Assembly (NCBI GenBank): GCA_013265495.1
Contig: MU058781.1
Location: 4,465,050-4,529,049 of the forward strand
Reading direction: 5' to 3'
Source of the DNA: Vicugna vicugna
Taxonomy: Eukaryota
DNA length: 64,000 nucleotides
Every line of letters begins with the position of its first letter. Within the stretch, counting starts at the first letter, position 1. A program made the translations under genes and the position numbers. Below, in pieces: positions 37,770-50,975 of the stretch. Below the pieces are notes generated by a model. It was given only the letters and a program-made list of their open reading frames with translations, did no database searches and was not told the DNA's origin.

Positions 37770-39085
37770 TCCTTTGTCACCACTTACTACCCACATTAAC
37801 TCCTTCCCTTAGGCAATTATTGTAATGTGTTTAACATCCACCTTTCTGTCCATACGCTTCCTCGAAGTATTTATTGCTTTTTTGGTGTACATGTATTTTT
37901 GACTCTCAGAAATGGTTTGTGTTGCACTGTTAATCCGTTTTTTACTTTTTTCCAACCAGCATTATGTTTTTAAGAGAATCTGTGTTTCTATTGTATATTG
38001 AATCCACTGCCCCTAATCACTGCATAGCACTTAGGTGACGTACATCTACCACGTTTTATCTGGTAATTCTCCTGGTACTAAACAGATGGTCTCTAACTCT
38101 TGGTCAACACAATAGTATGGCAACATATTAATATGAACATCCTTTATACTCCCTGTCCAGAGAAGTGTGAAATTTTCTCTGGGATATGTTCCTAGTCATG
38201 GAATAACTCTAACATGGTTAGAGTTTATGCAGATATTTAACTTGCCTAAGCAGTGTCAGATTACTCATGAACATGGCTACCCATCAGTCTAGACTCAACT
38301 GGAGATGCAAGGGAAATCCTTGATCACCCAAATCCCATTCTCCACCATTAGTCAACATCATCCATTTTTTCTCTATTTTTTTGCTGTCTAAGTTGATGGA
38401 AAGTGGAATCTCATTGTTATTTGCATTTCTCTGCTTATTAATACATATGAGCATTTCTTCGCGTTTCTTTCTGTTTAGGTTTTCTCTTTCCTTTAGGCAT
38501 TTTAATGCCTGTTCATAGCCTTTTTTGTTTTTCCAGTGGGGTTGATTTGCAGGCCTTCTCTGCACATTCTACATCCTTTGTCAGTTGCAGACATTGCAAA
38601 TAACCTCTTCCACTTGAGTCTGTCTGTCTCTGAGCTTTCTCTTCTGTTTCATTTGGTCTATACATCTGTTTGTAAGTATTATGTGTATTACTACAGCTTT
38701 GTTGAATGTTTTAATATCTGAGTACATAAGTCTCCCTTTTACTTTTGTGGGTTTTTTTTTTTTTTCCAATATTCCCTTAGATATTTGTGAGTCTTTCTTC
38801 TTTCATACATTTATTGAGATCCTGGAAAAAATCCAGCTGGAATTTTGATTAAGAGTGCGTTGAAATTATAAATTAATTTGGGGAGGACTTCAATCTATAT
38901 AATAATAAACTGTTCACTCAAGAACATGATATTTACTGATATCATTTTCTATGTCTTTTATTAGTGTTTTAAAGCTTTTCTGCATGGAGGTCTGATGTAA
39001 TCTTGGTTAAATTAATTTCTAAGTATTATGTTGTTTTTGTTACTATTGGAATGGCATCTAACTTTTTAGATATATTTTCTGGATG
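37770..39085 (-). mobile_element. Old L1 (L1ME-like) ORF2 / 3' UTR fragments
   Basis: T-rich reverse-strand L1 motifs: tctctgggatatgttcctagtcatggaat, gtggaatctcattgttatttgcatttctctg, gcagacattgcaaataacctcttccac, gctggaattttgatt. Confidence 0.8.
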
Positions 39086-42000
39086 ACTTAAATGTGGAAA
39101 GACCAGAATAGCCATAGCAGGAACTGAAACTGTAACTTTGTCTAACGTAATTATTCCCTCCAGGTAGGGAGGGAAGGAGGTCTACGGGAGCCAAGCCTCT
39201 GCAAGGAGGGTGCCCCATCCAGAAAGTCCATCTCTCACAGTTCTCACTCTCTCTTTAATCCCCCTTCTTTTCCACAGTCCTCGTCTGCAAGAATCCCAAC
39301 ATGGGGCATTCATTCACTCCTTCTCTCCAGAAAGTCCAGCCCTCTCTGGAAGAGGGCTTCTACCCCTTGATTCATTCTTCCTTCTTGCAAGTGCTCAACT
39401 TCAGCTGATACAAGTGGAGGCTGGGGGCATGAGCGGGGTGGGGCATGAGCTCCAGTTCTGTTAAGGAAAACAAAATTGGGCACCCAGTTCTACTTTAATA
39501 TCTTAATCGCCAAGCATTCTGGCTAACCCCCAGCCAATTTCCTTAGTAATTGCAAAGAACACCTTGCCAAGTCAACACTGGAGACACCACAATGTAATTT
39601 CAAGTGAAGAAAGGGCACCCCCATAGTAAACATGACTTTGACCTTGCGCCTTTCAAAATAATGAGCTCTGGCACGATGGTATGATGGAGACTTTTCCTCT
39701 TTCCTGGGCCTGCATAAAACGCAACCATCAGCACAGCAGCTAGAAATGGCTCTCTTCCCATCATTCTCAATGGACAGCAACAGTTCTGAGTAAGTTTCCT
39801 GGTTTGTTTCATTTTGATGTCCCAGAGTCCTCTAATAGGTGCGGTGAGTGTTAAGGAGCAGAAAGAGTTTAACCTACCAGAACCTCTCTCCTGAACCTGG
39901 TAACACTATGGAAAGTACGAGATCCAAAACGGACTTCATTCCAAGACCAACCTAGGAAAGACTACATCCTATAGATAAACAGGCTTCCAGGGGACACTGG
40001 TGGGAATACAAAACATTCTAGGCCAAGATGTCAAAATGAGGTTTAATTGCGAGGAAATTTTTTTATTTACAGTTTTTTCAAATTCCCAGGTACTCACACG
40101 TAAGCTGGGGTCACTGTAAATCTGGAGAACATCCCACTCACTGAAGGCATTAGCTCCATTCACTCCCACAGCTGCTCAGTGCTCCCTTGCCTTCAACCAG
40201 GATTTTCTCCCCGTTTTCCCCTCCTTTAGCCAGCAACTCTCAACCATCCATTCCTGATTTGAGAACCACTGAATCAGAGACACAACTCCAAATTGTAAAG
40301 TTTACAGTCAAATTCAACAGGCTTTAAAAAGCCAACTCCTTCAGGGCCCTTTACATGCCCTCGTTTTCACAACAGAATTCACCACTTCCTCTCCTAAATC
40401 ACTGTGCTACTCCCGGGCAAGCACACCCATCATACCCAATTAGACAAAGCCAGGACTCTTGAGGAAATCCAATTCTCTTCTCCTTCCTTCCTCTCTTACA
40501 TTGAACTGTGGCTGAACACAGCATTCACTATTAGTAGTTCCTATTTGGTATTTAATTATTCTCAGCCTCATGGCTTCCCTTAAATCTGCTCACACTTCAC
40601 CTCTGCACTTCGGTCCAAAACCCAACTGTGAGCTCCAGAGGATGTATACCTGGTAGATTTCTCCTGGTCTCTCCCCATACAGAGGTCCAGCCTCAGGAGT
40701 TCTCGATATATACCCAACTAACAGGCCGACTCAATTTCTAAAACTTCCATGCAGATCTAGGGTATGGTGGTGACCCCAGCACTCAAATCTGGTTTCATGA
40801 GCGAGGCATTTCATTAGCAGGCAGGGAGGAACCAGTATTCGTGTGGATTTGAAGTCAGCGTCTGTGCATTTCTGTATCCCCTGGGTTTTGCCTTTTCTCT
40901 TTGAAGAGGGGATTCCTGTTACACATTTTACTGTCACTTAAGGATTTACTCACATCCAAGTGTAAGGGGGAGACATGCTCCAGCCCTGTAACGTGTGCCC
41001 AGGGAGCGGATATTGTAGCCCCAAGGATTTTTAAGCCCCTGATGAACCAACCATTACGCATTCACGGAGAGGCGCATTGTTATGTGTTCAGCAGCCTGCA
41101 CGGGAGAGGCCGTGCTGAGCAGGATGGAGAAAGTGCAGGCAATTAATTGGGAGAGTTGAATTGTTAACATTCTCTCCGTGTTCCCAGCGCAGGGCTCTTG
41201 ACGGAACTGCTGGAGAAAATAACCTGGGGTGGGAAGAGGGGTGGAGGCTGGAGTCAAAGAGAAAAATTTCTCATTAAAACCCCAATCAAGCCATTTTAGC
41301 ACCTTTTTTCCCCACAAGGCATTACTTGGAGAGCAGAATGCTACACTTGTTGAACACTATTATCATAACAGATCTCTGCTCTTTCCTAAAACCTGAAATT
41401 ATTTGCTTTTCTTGGGAAATTTTTGTGTGGGGTGTGTGTTGAAAAGCTCATATGCTGGATCCTCAAAAGAGCATATGCTTGCACTAGTGTCTCTGACAAC
41501 ATGCACTTCTGTGCATGGGCACACATATGCACATGTGGTGTGAGACAGACATGTGTGCGTGTTACAACAGAACCAGGACTCATAACACACCGAGTTCTGG
41601 CCATTTCTTTTTTTTTTTCTTTCCTTTTCTTTCTTTTTTTTCGGTGCTAGGATGAAAAAAAATGGCTATTTCATAAAAGTGGGTCTTAGGTTTGTGCCTA
41701 GCAAACCCCTTCTTCAATAAAGATTGCAGGGACAGCAGACACCTGTTAGATTGTCTCGCTATCCTCTTTCTGGAACTGCCCTCCACCTTCCTGCCCTGGT
41801 CACAGGGAGCTCTCAATTGCCATGTCTGTTCAACATGGACCTTTACTCCCAGACAAGTTGACTGAGACAAAAGTAAGCACCAGACCCATTCCAGACCAGA
41901 AGGAATCTCAAATTCTACACCCCGGGACTTTTGGAATAGGAATTAAGGGGTAGAGAGCACAGTGTGGCTGTTTTCCACCACGTGGACTGAGGAGATGATG

Positions 42001-42404
42001 AAACTATCCTGCTGAAAGAAGGAGGAAAATAAAACAAGTGTACACAAAGAAATGGAAAAGCAAGATGGAGACTACGGCCTAGGTGTCCAACAACCCAGAG
42101 CATCCTGTCTCTGGGACCGACCTGTCAGGGTGACTTCTGAACTCATGAAGTGAGGGTCCCTCCACTGATGTTCAGGGCCAGGAAAGAAAAACCCCCTGCA
42201 GATCCTTAGAAGGGAATCTTCCTGGGAGAAACTTTCCTTTGTCTCCTCTGTTATTGCCACGTCCTCTAGCAATGAACTTCTGGCTACAAAACATATCATC
42301 AAACACATCTTACTCTGGGTGAAAGTATCAGGGTATTTTCATTATGATGAAATTTAACCCATATTAAAATAACTACTCAGAAATTCTGTGTGCTATATAC
42401 TTAC

Positions 42405-42441
42405 CTCTCCACTTTTACTGAGAAACCTACAAATATAAAGC
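42405..42441 (-). other. Candidate micro-exon (37 nt, or 22 nt from an internal acceptor)
   Basis: Minus strand: ctgtcctttcctcctag|GCTTTATATTTGTAG|GTTTCTCAGTAAAAGTGGAGAG|gtaagt, with a consensus donor and a pyrimidine-rich acceptor. Confidence 0.5.
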
Positions 42442-43779
42442 CTAGGAGGAAAGGACAGCTTTTTTGTGAACATACCCAAGACATCCCCAAATATTGATAT
42501 TTACAAAAGTAAGGTCACCTGAGTGACACTGGAAGGAATGGTTGATCCCAAATATCCCCCACCCTTTCTAGCTGCCACGCTGCTACCTGCCAATTCCATC
42601 ATTATCATCGTTCCTCTATATTACAAGATAGAAATTCCCTCGTCTGGTGTAAATAGCACGTGGAAGGTTTTACACACTAAACCAGTAACGTAATAGCACA
42701 GATTTACTCTTCAGATTGGATGGCTGGTATTTTTAAGCTTGAAGATCTGGGCTATCAGACGGTAATCTTTAACGGGCGAGAAAGCAGATTTCCCTGATGT
42801 TGGAGGGAACTATCAAGCCTCCACCATATAGCTGAGATTCTGTTGCTGACACATAATGAATATGACCTGCCCCTTCCTTAAGACGCTTCCAGTTAAGTGG
42901 GAGCTGGAGCACACACGCATAACAAGTACAAGACATCGAGATGCACGCAGTAATTGAGGTGCCGCACTTCACACGGTAATAGCACCTGGGATGGAATGGG
43001 GGCAGCGTGGAGTCTCACTGGTGACAAGCAGCCGGGGCTGGGTCTCGAGTACAGCAGAAGTCCATCGGGCAGAGGCACAAGCATGTGCACACCTGCAGCG
43101 TGGAATACGACGTGGCTTTCCATCAAACAGACGTGGTGGGGAGGGGATGGAAGGCGCAGATGAGATTGAGATTACTGGGGCTGCATTATGAGGGCTCTTA
43201 ACACATACTAAGAAACCCTGACTGTTTTGCTGATACACACAGCCCTGGAACTTTGCAACTCTAACAGGCTACCTGCCAGCCAAGGTAAAATGTGCAGAGC
43301 CAAAAGGAATCGTTCAGAGGGTCGTGTCTGAATTCTCATAAGGAGTGTAAGCAGTGCCCAGTGGGAAGCCAGTACGGCTCCTTCTCTCAGCTATTCTGAG
43401 TCCTGGGCCCCAAGCCCCAAGGTCACAAGTATTTTTTCATTCATTTTTCTTTCTCTCTTGTCTTGGCTGTTATAGGGGTTATTACAAGCATGCATGGCTT
43501 CCTACTTACAACCCTTGTAGCCCTGTTTCCAAAACAGATTGACATTTGGGTAGTTTTATGATTAATGCTTAAGGGTTTCTGTGCATTAAAGCCCACCAGG
43601 GTACCTCATTCAGGCATGCCGAGGCCCACGTCTGTGTGATGCTATCATCTACAGCTACGTCTGAAAACATAGCAGAATTTATGTTAGGGTAAAAGCTACC
43701 CACTTTTGCTCATATCAGAGGATCATTTAGAGCCATTCAAAACCAATCTGTGTAATACATTTTGGAGAAGAAAAAATAA

Positions 43780-44340
43780 TTTTTTAAGCAAAAGACACCA
43801 TAGACAAAGCTAACAAACAACAAATTGAAAGGAGATATTTGCAATGTCAAAACCAACAGGGGACTACAATTCAGAATATATAAAAGGAACTCCTGCCAAA
43901 ATACAAAATCCAGGCAGCCATTCTGGAGAATCTGTCAGTACTCAGACAACGTAAGGACATTTATGTGCTGTGACCCAGCAGTCCTTCCCCTGAGTCCTAG
44001 GGCACATATGCCACAAATTCTTGAGGATTCTCCCATCAGTCAGTAAGGGAGCGTGTTTGAGGATGTTCATCACGGTGTTTGTGGTCATGGGGAGTGGGAG
44101 GCAGTCTAGGTGCTTATCACTGTGGGAACAGAGGATTGAAACAGGGACTTTGCACACAGCAATGAGGATGCCTGTTAACATGCCAAGTAGGAAGGGTAAG
44201 AAGCAGAGAGAGGTTTCTCATATGCCATTTATGTGAACGTAAAACACTTGTTCACAGGATACAAATACGTGTCTTACAAGAGCACAAGCAAAGAAAGTAA
44301 TACATACAAATGCATTAAACTGATGGCCTACAGAGAGGAC
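43780..44340 (+). mobile_element. Old L1 (L1ME-like) fragments
   Basis: gatatttgcaatgtcaaaaccaacaggggactacaattcagaatatataaaaggaactcc, tgacccagcagtccttcccctgag, ggatgttcatcacggtgtttgtgg. Confidence 0.75.
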
Positions 44341-45290
44341 AAGAGTAGGGCACGGAATGGGGAAAAGAAAAGCATCCATCAATCAGAGAAAGGCCCTGAA
44401 GAGATCAAGGCCCACAGTGTGCTGTGAATGGGTCTTCTGCACCTGAGGTGCAAAAACAAACACAAACGGAGCAGGGAAGGCACCGGCTCCTCAGGCCCTT
44501 GAACAGAGCTTGCAGTGGGCTCCCTCCTGGATCCCCGACAGCGGCCAGCTCCAGGTCCTGTCTTTGGACAACGGCTACTCTTTGGACCATAGATATCTGA
44601 CTGAAAGATATATAAACAAATGGGGGAATGAAAGGCACAAACAATCTAATGGAGGGTGGCCAGGCGACATGGAGCCACTTTGAGTAAATAAAGAATGACG
44701 GATGCTCTCTACATGGCAAGAACCATGCTAGGCCCTGGGAACGAAATGAATGAAGAGGGAGGCAGGCCCCCATCCTCCTGCAGCTCCGCTGAGCCAGGGA
44801 AGTGGCTGAGTCGGCAGCAGCAATGACACCGTGCTACGATACAGATCTGCACAGGGTCCCTGGGGTGAGCAAAGAGGGGCTCCCACCCCAACCGTGAAAG
44901 TTCAAGAAGAGCACCTCAGAAGAGACCGATGCCTGTACTGAGCCCCAAAAGATAAGTAAGAGTTGCACAAGCAAGGAGGAGGGAAGGAGGGGTGCGTGAG
45001 AGGCAGGAGAAGTCATGCGAGCGGGGGGCCTGGGGTCAGAACTTCACTACAACTCTGATATCTACCCCAGAAGGGCCTGTCTTCCCACCCCGAAGATGTA
45101 ACACAGCAGCTGCTTTAACAGGTGAGCCTGCGCAGCGCTTATCAGTGTTCCCGAGGCATCTTTATCAAACAAAGAACTGATCCCTGGGTAAGGGGTGGGG
45201 GGGAGTCTTCAGTTCTCTTTTGAGTGCAAGCAACTGTGCACAGCCAAGTCGATTTTGCCTAGAGCCATCCACCAGGAGTCGAACACTTAC

Positions 45291-45319
45291 CACTGTCTTG
45301 TGAAATCATCTCAATTTGA
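45291..45319 (-). other. Candidate small exon or 3' end of a first exon
   Basis: Consensus donor GTG|gtaagt (exon ends at 45291); possible acceptor ttctctctctctctcaag| at 45321-45320; 5' boundary uncertain. Confidence 0.3.
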
Positions 45320-45550
45320 CTTGAGAGAGAGAGAGAATTCTGAACCGAAAGGCTTTCAACCTGCCAAGCCAGTTCACCTTTCTAGAGTCTTCCTCTCATC
45401 ACATGATTGTTAATTCTTCATTTGTATATCAGCAAGGATGCTCACAGCTGGTACACTTGACAAATCACACTCTGGAAACGTTGTCATGTGTATGGAAGGC
45501 TTTGAGTCTGTGCCGGCTTGCTGAGCTGAAACTAAGAGGCGTACAAATGC

Positions 45551-45744
45551 CAGTGCTGGAAAGTACTCCAGGGGCTGAACCGCACAGCAGCCCCTGCAGG
45601 GCTTGTCAAACCATGCACACGGCCGGGCGCCACCCGGCGCGGCGGGTTCAGCAGATCTCAGTTGGGGTTTGAGAACTCGCATTTCTTAACAAGTTCCCAG
45701 GCAAGCTGACGCTGCTGGTCTGGGGACCACTTTGAGAACCACTG
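45551..45744. mobile_element. MER5A-like hAT MITE with a CpG-rich centre
   Basis: gcatttcttaacaagttcccagg...gctgctggtctggggaccactttgagaaccactg is the MER5A terminus. Confidence 0.85.
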
Positions 45745-45787
45745 CACTACTCTAATTTTACTGATGAAGAAACTGAAACCCAGAGAA

Positions 45788-46705
45788 TGCAGGGGGAAGA
45801 AAACATACACTTCCCTCCAGTGCTTCTCCTTTGCTCTCACACGACTACCACACTCTGACAACCGGAAGTGTGGAGGCTTTTCCCACACCAAGCAACTCTG
45901 CACCACCAGCTGAGTGTCCTACAATTTGACTCAATTCTGACACTCTCACAACCTGGTGTTAGCATCAGATCCCACAGGTTAAGGTCTCAGTCCCGTAAGA
46001 CTGGCCCTCCCTTCCCCACTTGAAATGACAACCGCAAGGCCACCTGTGCTTTCTGACCCATCAGCTCTATACCTGAGGTTCCCATAATTCCCTCCTCAGG
46101 TTTAGTTAACTGACTAGAGCAGCTCATGGAATTCAAGAAAAATGTCTACTTACAGTTGACCAGTTTATTATGAAAGGATAGGATAAAGGATACAGATGAA
46201 CATCCAGACGAAAGAGCTGCACAGAGCGAAGTATGCAGGAAGGGCTCCGAGCTTCCAAGTTCTCTCCCAGGGCATCACTCCCCCAGCACCTCTGCGCATA
46301 CACCGAGCCGAAGTCCTCTGAACCCCACATTCTGGGGATTTTGATGGAGGCTTCTTCACACAAGCATGATCAATCATTAGCTCTATTTCCAACTCCTCTC
46401 CCCTCTCTGGAGAACAGGGGATGGGGCTGAATATTTGCAGCTTCCAGTCACGGTTTAGTCTTTCTGGTGACCAGCCCCCTACCAGGAGCCCACCAAGAGT
46501 CCTCTCATTAGAACAAAAGATACTGCTAACACTCAGGAAATTCCAACAGATTTAGGAACTCTGCCTCAGAAACCAGGTCAAAGACCAAATATTAGAACAA
46601 AAGATGCTCCTGGTGCTCTTATCACTTAGGAAATTAAAAGGGTTTTAGAAACTCTGTGCGAAGAGCTGGGGGGAAACTAATGTAAACATTTCCTGTTATC
46701 TCACA
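45788..46705 (-). mobile_element. MER21-family ERV solo LTR inserted into a MIR
   Basis: TG...CA termini; reverse strand begins tgtgagataacaggaaat...cacagagtttctaaaacccttttaatttcctaagtgataagag; minus-strand AATAAA at 46169-46164; MIR sequence on both sides; internal imperfect repeat of about 85 bp at 46507-46675. Confidence 0.85.
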
Positions 46706-49700
46706 GCAAGTGGCTTATGTAAGATCGTACAAATCCTTGGCGACCCAGCCCAGGTCTGAAGAGGATATATTGAGTGAGAGGTAAAGAGCTACAGAGATTT
46801 GATAGGTGGGTGTCCCCTTCCTCCCTCACTGCTCCAGGTGCGTCCCTCCTGAAGCTGCGTGCTTTGTCGAAGAAGATGACCATCCCCGATAGAGGAGGAC
46901 CGTTCTTCTCGGTCAAGGGCGTACGAGTAGCTGCGCTCCCCAAACAAGCTCCCAAGAGCTACAGAGACTTCTGAAGGAAGGCCATCGCAGTTAGTGGCTC
47001 ACGGGTGCGTGTGAGACATCTTATCTGGTTCTTACACCTTCTTCCTTCCCCCTTCATTCAAGCCCGAGAAGTGCCACCACGTACTGGTGGGGGAGACGGA
47101 GTTCACCAGCAATAAAGGAGGGGGAGGCAGACACTGGTCCCTGCAAGTCAGAGAGGCAGGTAGTACTTAGCACTGTGTCTCCAAGCACTCTGCACGTGCT
47201 CAAGGCCTACATCAGAACGAGGGGAACTGAGGAGGACTCCACCACAGCCTCCTTAACCCACCACCCTTGAAGACACTTGGAAAGATGAGAGTGTGCTCCT
47301 GCAGCTCAGCTCAGAGGAGCCTGCTCCACCTGGCAGCTGTCAGTACTTCTACGAGGATGGCGGCTTCAGCCTCACGCATCCGCTGAAACCCTCCAAGGCA
47401 CAAAGGACTTGCTGCCAGCCTCCCTCTCCCATTGTGACTCTGCCATTGTGCAGGCTGCATTCAGGGAGAATGATGGCCACAGCGGTTGTAGGACTTGCAC
47501 TGCGTTAAACAAAGCGGGGAAAGAGGGAGAACTACACAAAAGCAACAGCAGGCCTGTTTACCAGCAAAGGCTTAATGGGCTCAGAGAGAAAGAGCAGGAA
47601 GTCCGGGCTCTCGCTCCCACCGGCCAGCGCCACGGTGAGGAGTCTGGATGGATGAGGAGTCCGGCTTGCCGCCCTTGTTTTGCTGTGCACACACCCTCCT
47701 TCTTTGTATGAGGAATCTGATGGGAGAGGAAAAGCCAGACATCAGCGGGGGCCCTGACCATCGGCAATGTCAGTTATTGAGCTGGAGGTGCATTGTTTGG
47801 GCATTAAGAGTTCAGAGGTCAAGTCTCTCTGACTGTTTATTACACCTCTGGCCCAGAATGCCCTAGACATCTACAATTATTAACTGAGATTTCATTACCA
47901 AATTATTTTCAATGAACCTCATAATGATCTGTTATTACAAGGATGGCAGTGACCTGCTCCACAAGAAGCATGGTTTGGAATTCCACCAAAAACAACAGTT
48001 CTCTCCCATGAACAGTTCCATTCAATGAGACATCACAAGAAAACGCTTCCAGGGCTGCCAAAGAACTGGTGTTACCCTAAAGCTACGAGTTCTAAGTTTG
48101 CTTTAGGTTTTCTTTCAAAGTGCTAGATATGAAATTTTCCTCCAGAGACTTCTGGTCACAGTGTGACTTAGGAGGATTTATTTAGGTATTTCCTTCTAAG
48201 GAATCCTAGATTTAATTGACTAGCTGGTAGTTGAACAAGCCACATAACAATAAGTATTTCAGTTTATCATAGAGAAGTCTTTTGTGAAATATTTATGTAC
48301 TACTATTTAAACCAATTCTCAATCTAATTTTGAGAGCTGATTGCTGGGGGATAACCATGGGGATCTGACCACTAGCCTGAGCTACAGCTCACCTGACCAC
48401 CTACAGTCACAGCTGGAAAGGCTGGGGGAATCAGGACCAAGCTGCTCAGCACACAGACGTCTTAGGTGTTGGAAGCCACGCTTCCAAGGTTGGGTCTGGA
48501 AGGTCAAATTCCCTTTACTTCACCTTTATGTCTGATCATGATGGCCTAGTTCGCAATTGGAACAGTGGAGGCTCCCAGAACAGCAGTAGGCACCATGCCA
48601 AACCACCTCATGATGTGCTACAGAGTTAAAACCTCCCTCCAAAATCAAGTCCATTCTTGTGGTTTGCATCCCTCGGCCTGCCCTTCCCGCCCACAGCAAC
48701 ACGCACACAGCAGAACTCTGATGTGGTTTTAGGTTTCCAAGGGTCGTCACCTGACCACCCAAGACTTGTTGTAAAAATGCCCCCTATAAACTTCTTTACA
48801 CATTTGTTTTGAAATTGTGGGAATGGCTAATTTACTCCCCAAGAACCTTTGGAGATTCTCAGAGCTATGCAAGGATCCATAATTATCAACAACTGCTAAG
48901 GCAGCTTAACCCTTATGTAAAATGCGATGCATACAAATGGGTTTATTTTGAACCAGTTCACACTATTAAACTTGAGTCTGGTACGGGGTTTATCCCCAGG
49001 CAGTGCTCAATAACAGACTGTAGCAAACACCTTGGCTATACATCTTCCTATTTGGTTGGCTCGTTTTTATATCTCTGCATGTTTAAATAGGCAATGGGAG
49101 TGCTAATTAAAATGCAATCATGCAGATAAATTATACCATGTTTCTAAGAGGTAAAATGAAAACCCTTTTGATTTCAAAATCTTTGTGATATTTGAGGCAA
49201 AAGCACAGTGTGATACTGAACACAGAGAAAACCTTTCATGATTATTGCATGTTTAAAACGAAAGTTCATTTTTGTTTTTCGGGTTTTTTTAGATGTGACA
49301 AATTAATTACGAGTAATTTCTCATGAGAGTCAAGGCTTAGGGCTTCTAATGCAAATGTTCAAGTTGTAGGTCACTCTGAACCATTTGTATTGTCTGTGTT
49401 CTACCTGTAAATTGGGAAATGTAATGTGTACTGCAAAGCCTACTATAGTCTAGAGGCAAGGGCCACCCCAAGACCAATGATCAGTGCTCCCCCAGTGGAT
49501 CTTCCATTCCACCTACTGCTTACCAGCTCTCAGGGTAACTTCACTGCCAGCAACCAAAATAAAAGCAATACGCTGATGTCCAGCAAATTATTTCATCTCT
49601 CTGAGCCTCAGTTTCTTCCCCTGCAAAATGGGTCTCAGGAAGGCACTGCTGACTGCTTATGAGATTATAGACTTATTTGAGAATTTGATGAAAACCATAC

Positions 49701-50479
49701 ACACTGTTCCCAACATACCAGGTGTACACATCCCCACAAAACTGTACACATGCATCCAGTGTTCCTCTGATATGTGTTCATGGACCTCCTTATAGTTTGC
49801 AATCCCAGGCTCAGATCTGCTTTGAGCCTGCTTTGGTGTGTAGAGAAGGACCCCTGCTTCCATGCTGGGTTCTCACCTTTCAACAATCCATCCACATCCC
49901 TGGAGAGGTTCTAAAGCACACCCTGAACTGTCCTCTCCCCCTCTCCAGGTCAGTTCTAGGAACAGCATTTCCCCTGGAAAGTACCAGCAAACAGTGTGTT
50001 CCGTGGTCAAATAAATCTGGGAAATTCTGCACGTTGGCACTCCCAAAGCACTCTCTTGTTAAAGCCACTGAGAATTCCTTCATAAAGAAATCAGCTTACT
50101 TTTGTTTTCCCAATTATTTTTAAAATTTATGAGATCATAGAATAATTTTGTTCCTATGACATTATTAGAAAATAACACTCAGAAATCAAACAGCTGGTTT
50201 CTACCACATCCTCAGTCAATGGACTCTAAATGAGCTTCTCCTAGATTCTCTGTTTTCCAGCTTCATTGGTCATTCCTTTCACATATACATCTTAGGTCTT
50301 TCCCAACTTTGCTAGCTGGTGTTGTCAAGCCACCTGGGTCCACTCTTTTCCACCAGCAGTTCATATTCCACCCTCCCTTTTGGAACTCACAATGCACATT
50401 TGCATATAAAAAGGCAGTCATCATCCTGTCCAGGAAATAGCCCTCACTGTCTCTTTTTCAAATGGGTTTAAATAGAGTT

Positions 50480-50975
50480 TTAGCAATTTGGAGCTGAGAG
50501 GGCTTTAGGGATCCCCCAATCATTCCTCTAACTTTATAAGAGAACAGATCTGAGAGGTTAATTGACTTGAGAGAAATAAGACAGGAGCCCAGATTTTCTG
50601 ATCCCCAGTCAAGCAGCCCTAGGAAGTGGCTCAAGCTTCCCAGAGGCACATGAGATGGAGTCATTCCAGAGAGTAAATTTACTAATTTGCAATGAGGAGT
50701 GACATGTGTCTGACACAAGACCAGTTATCTAGAGAGAGAGCTACCCAGTGAGTAAATTACAGTTGGATGCTTCCTTGATAAGTGTGGATTAAGACTTAGA
50801 TTTTCTTTAGGAACCGATGTACTGGAGAGAATACTGGACTGGGAGTGAGGAGACTGATTCTAATTCTCCTCCTGCAAGATCTTAATGTCATTTGGCTCCA
50901 GTTTCATCATCAACTAAATGGCAGATTAGACAATTACCTTTAGGTCCCTTCTAGCTCCGCATTTTAAGATTCTGT
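50480..50975. mobile_element. Two MIR/MIR3 fragments (about 50480-50615 minus, about 50815-50975 plus)
   Basis: ctgagaggttaattgacttg...cccagattttctgatccccagtc; gagaatactggactgggagtgaggagactg...taggtcccttctagctc. Confidence 0.6.

Noticed and set aside
45621..45630. GGCCGGGCGC, identical to the Alu 5' end
   Set aside because: The match stops after 10 nt and the surrounding sequence is MER5A; not an Alu
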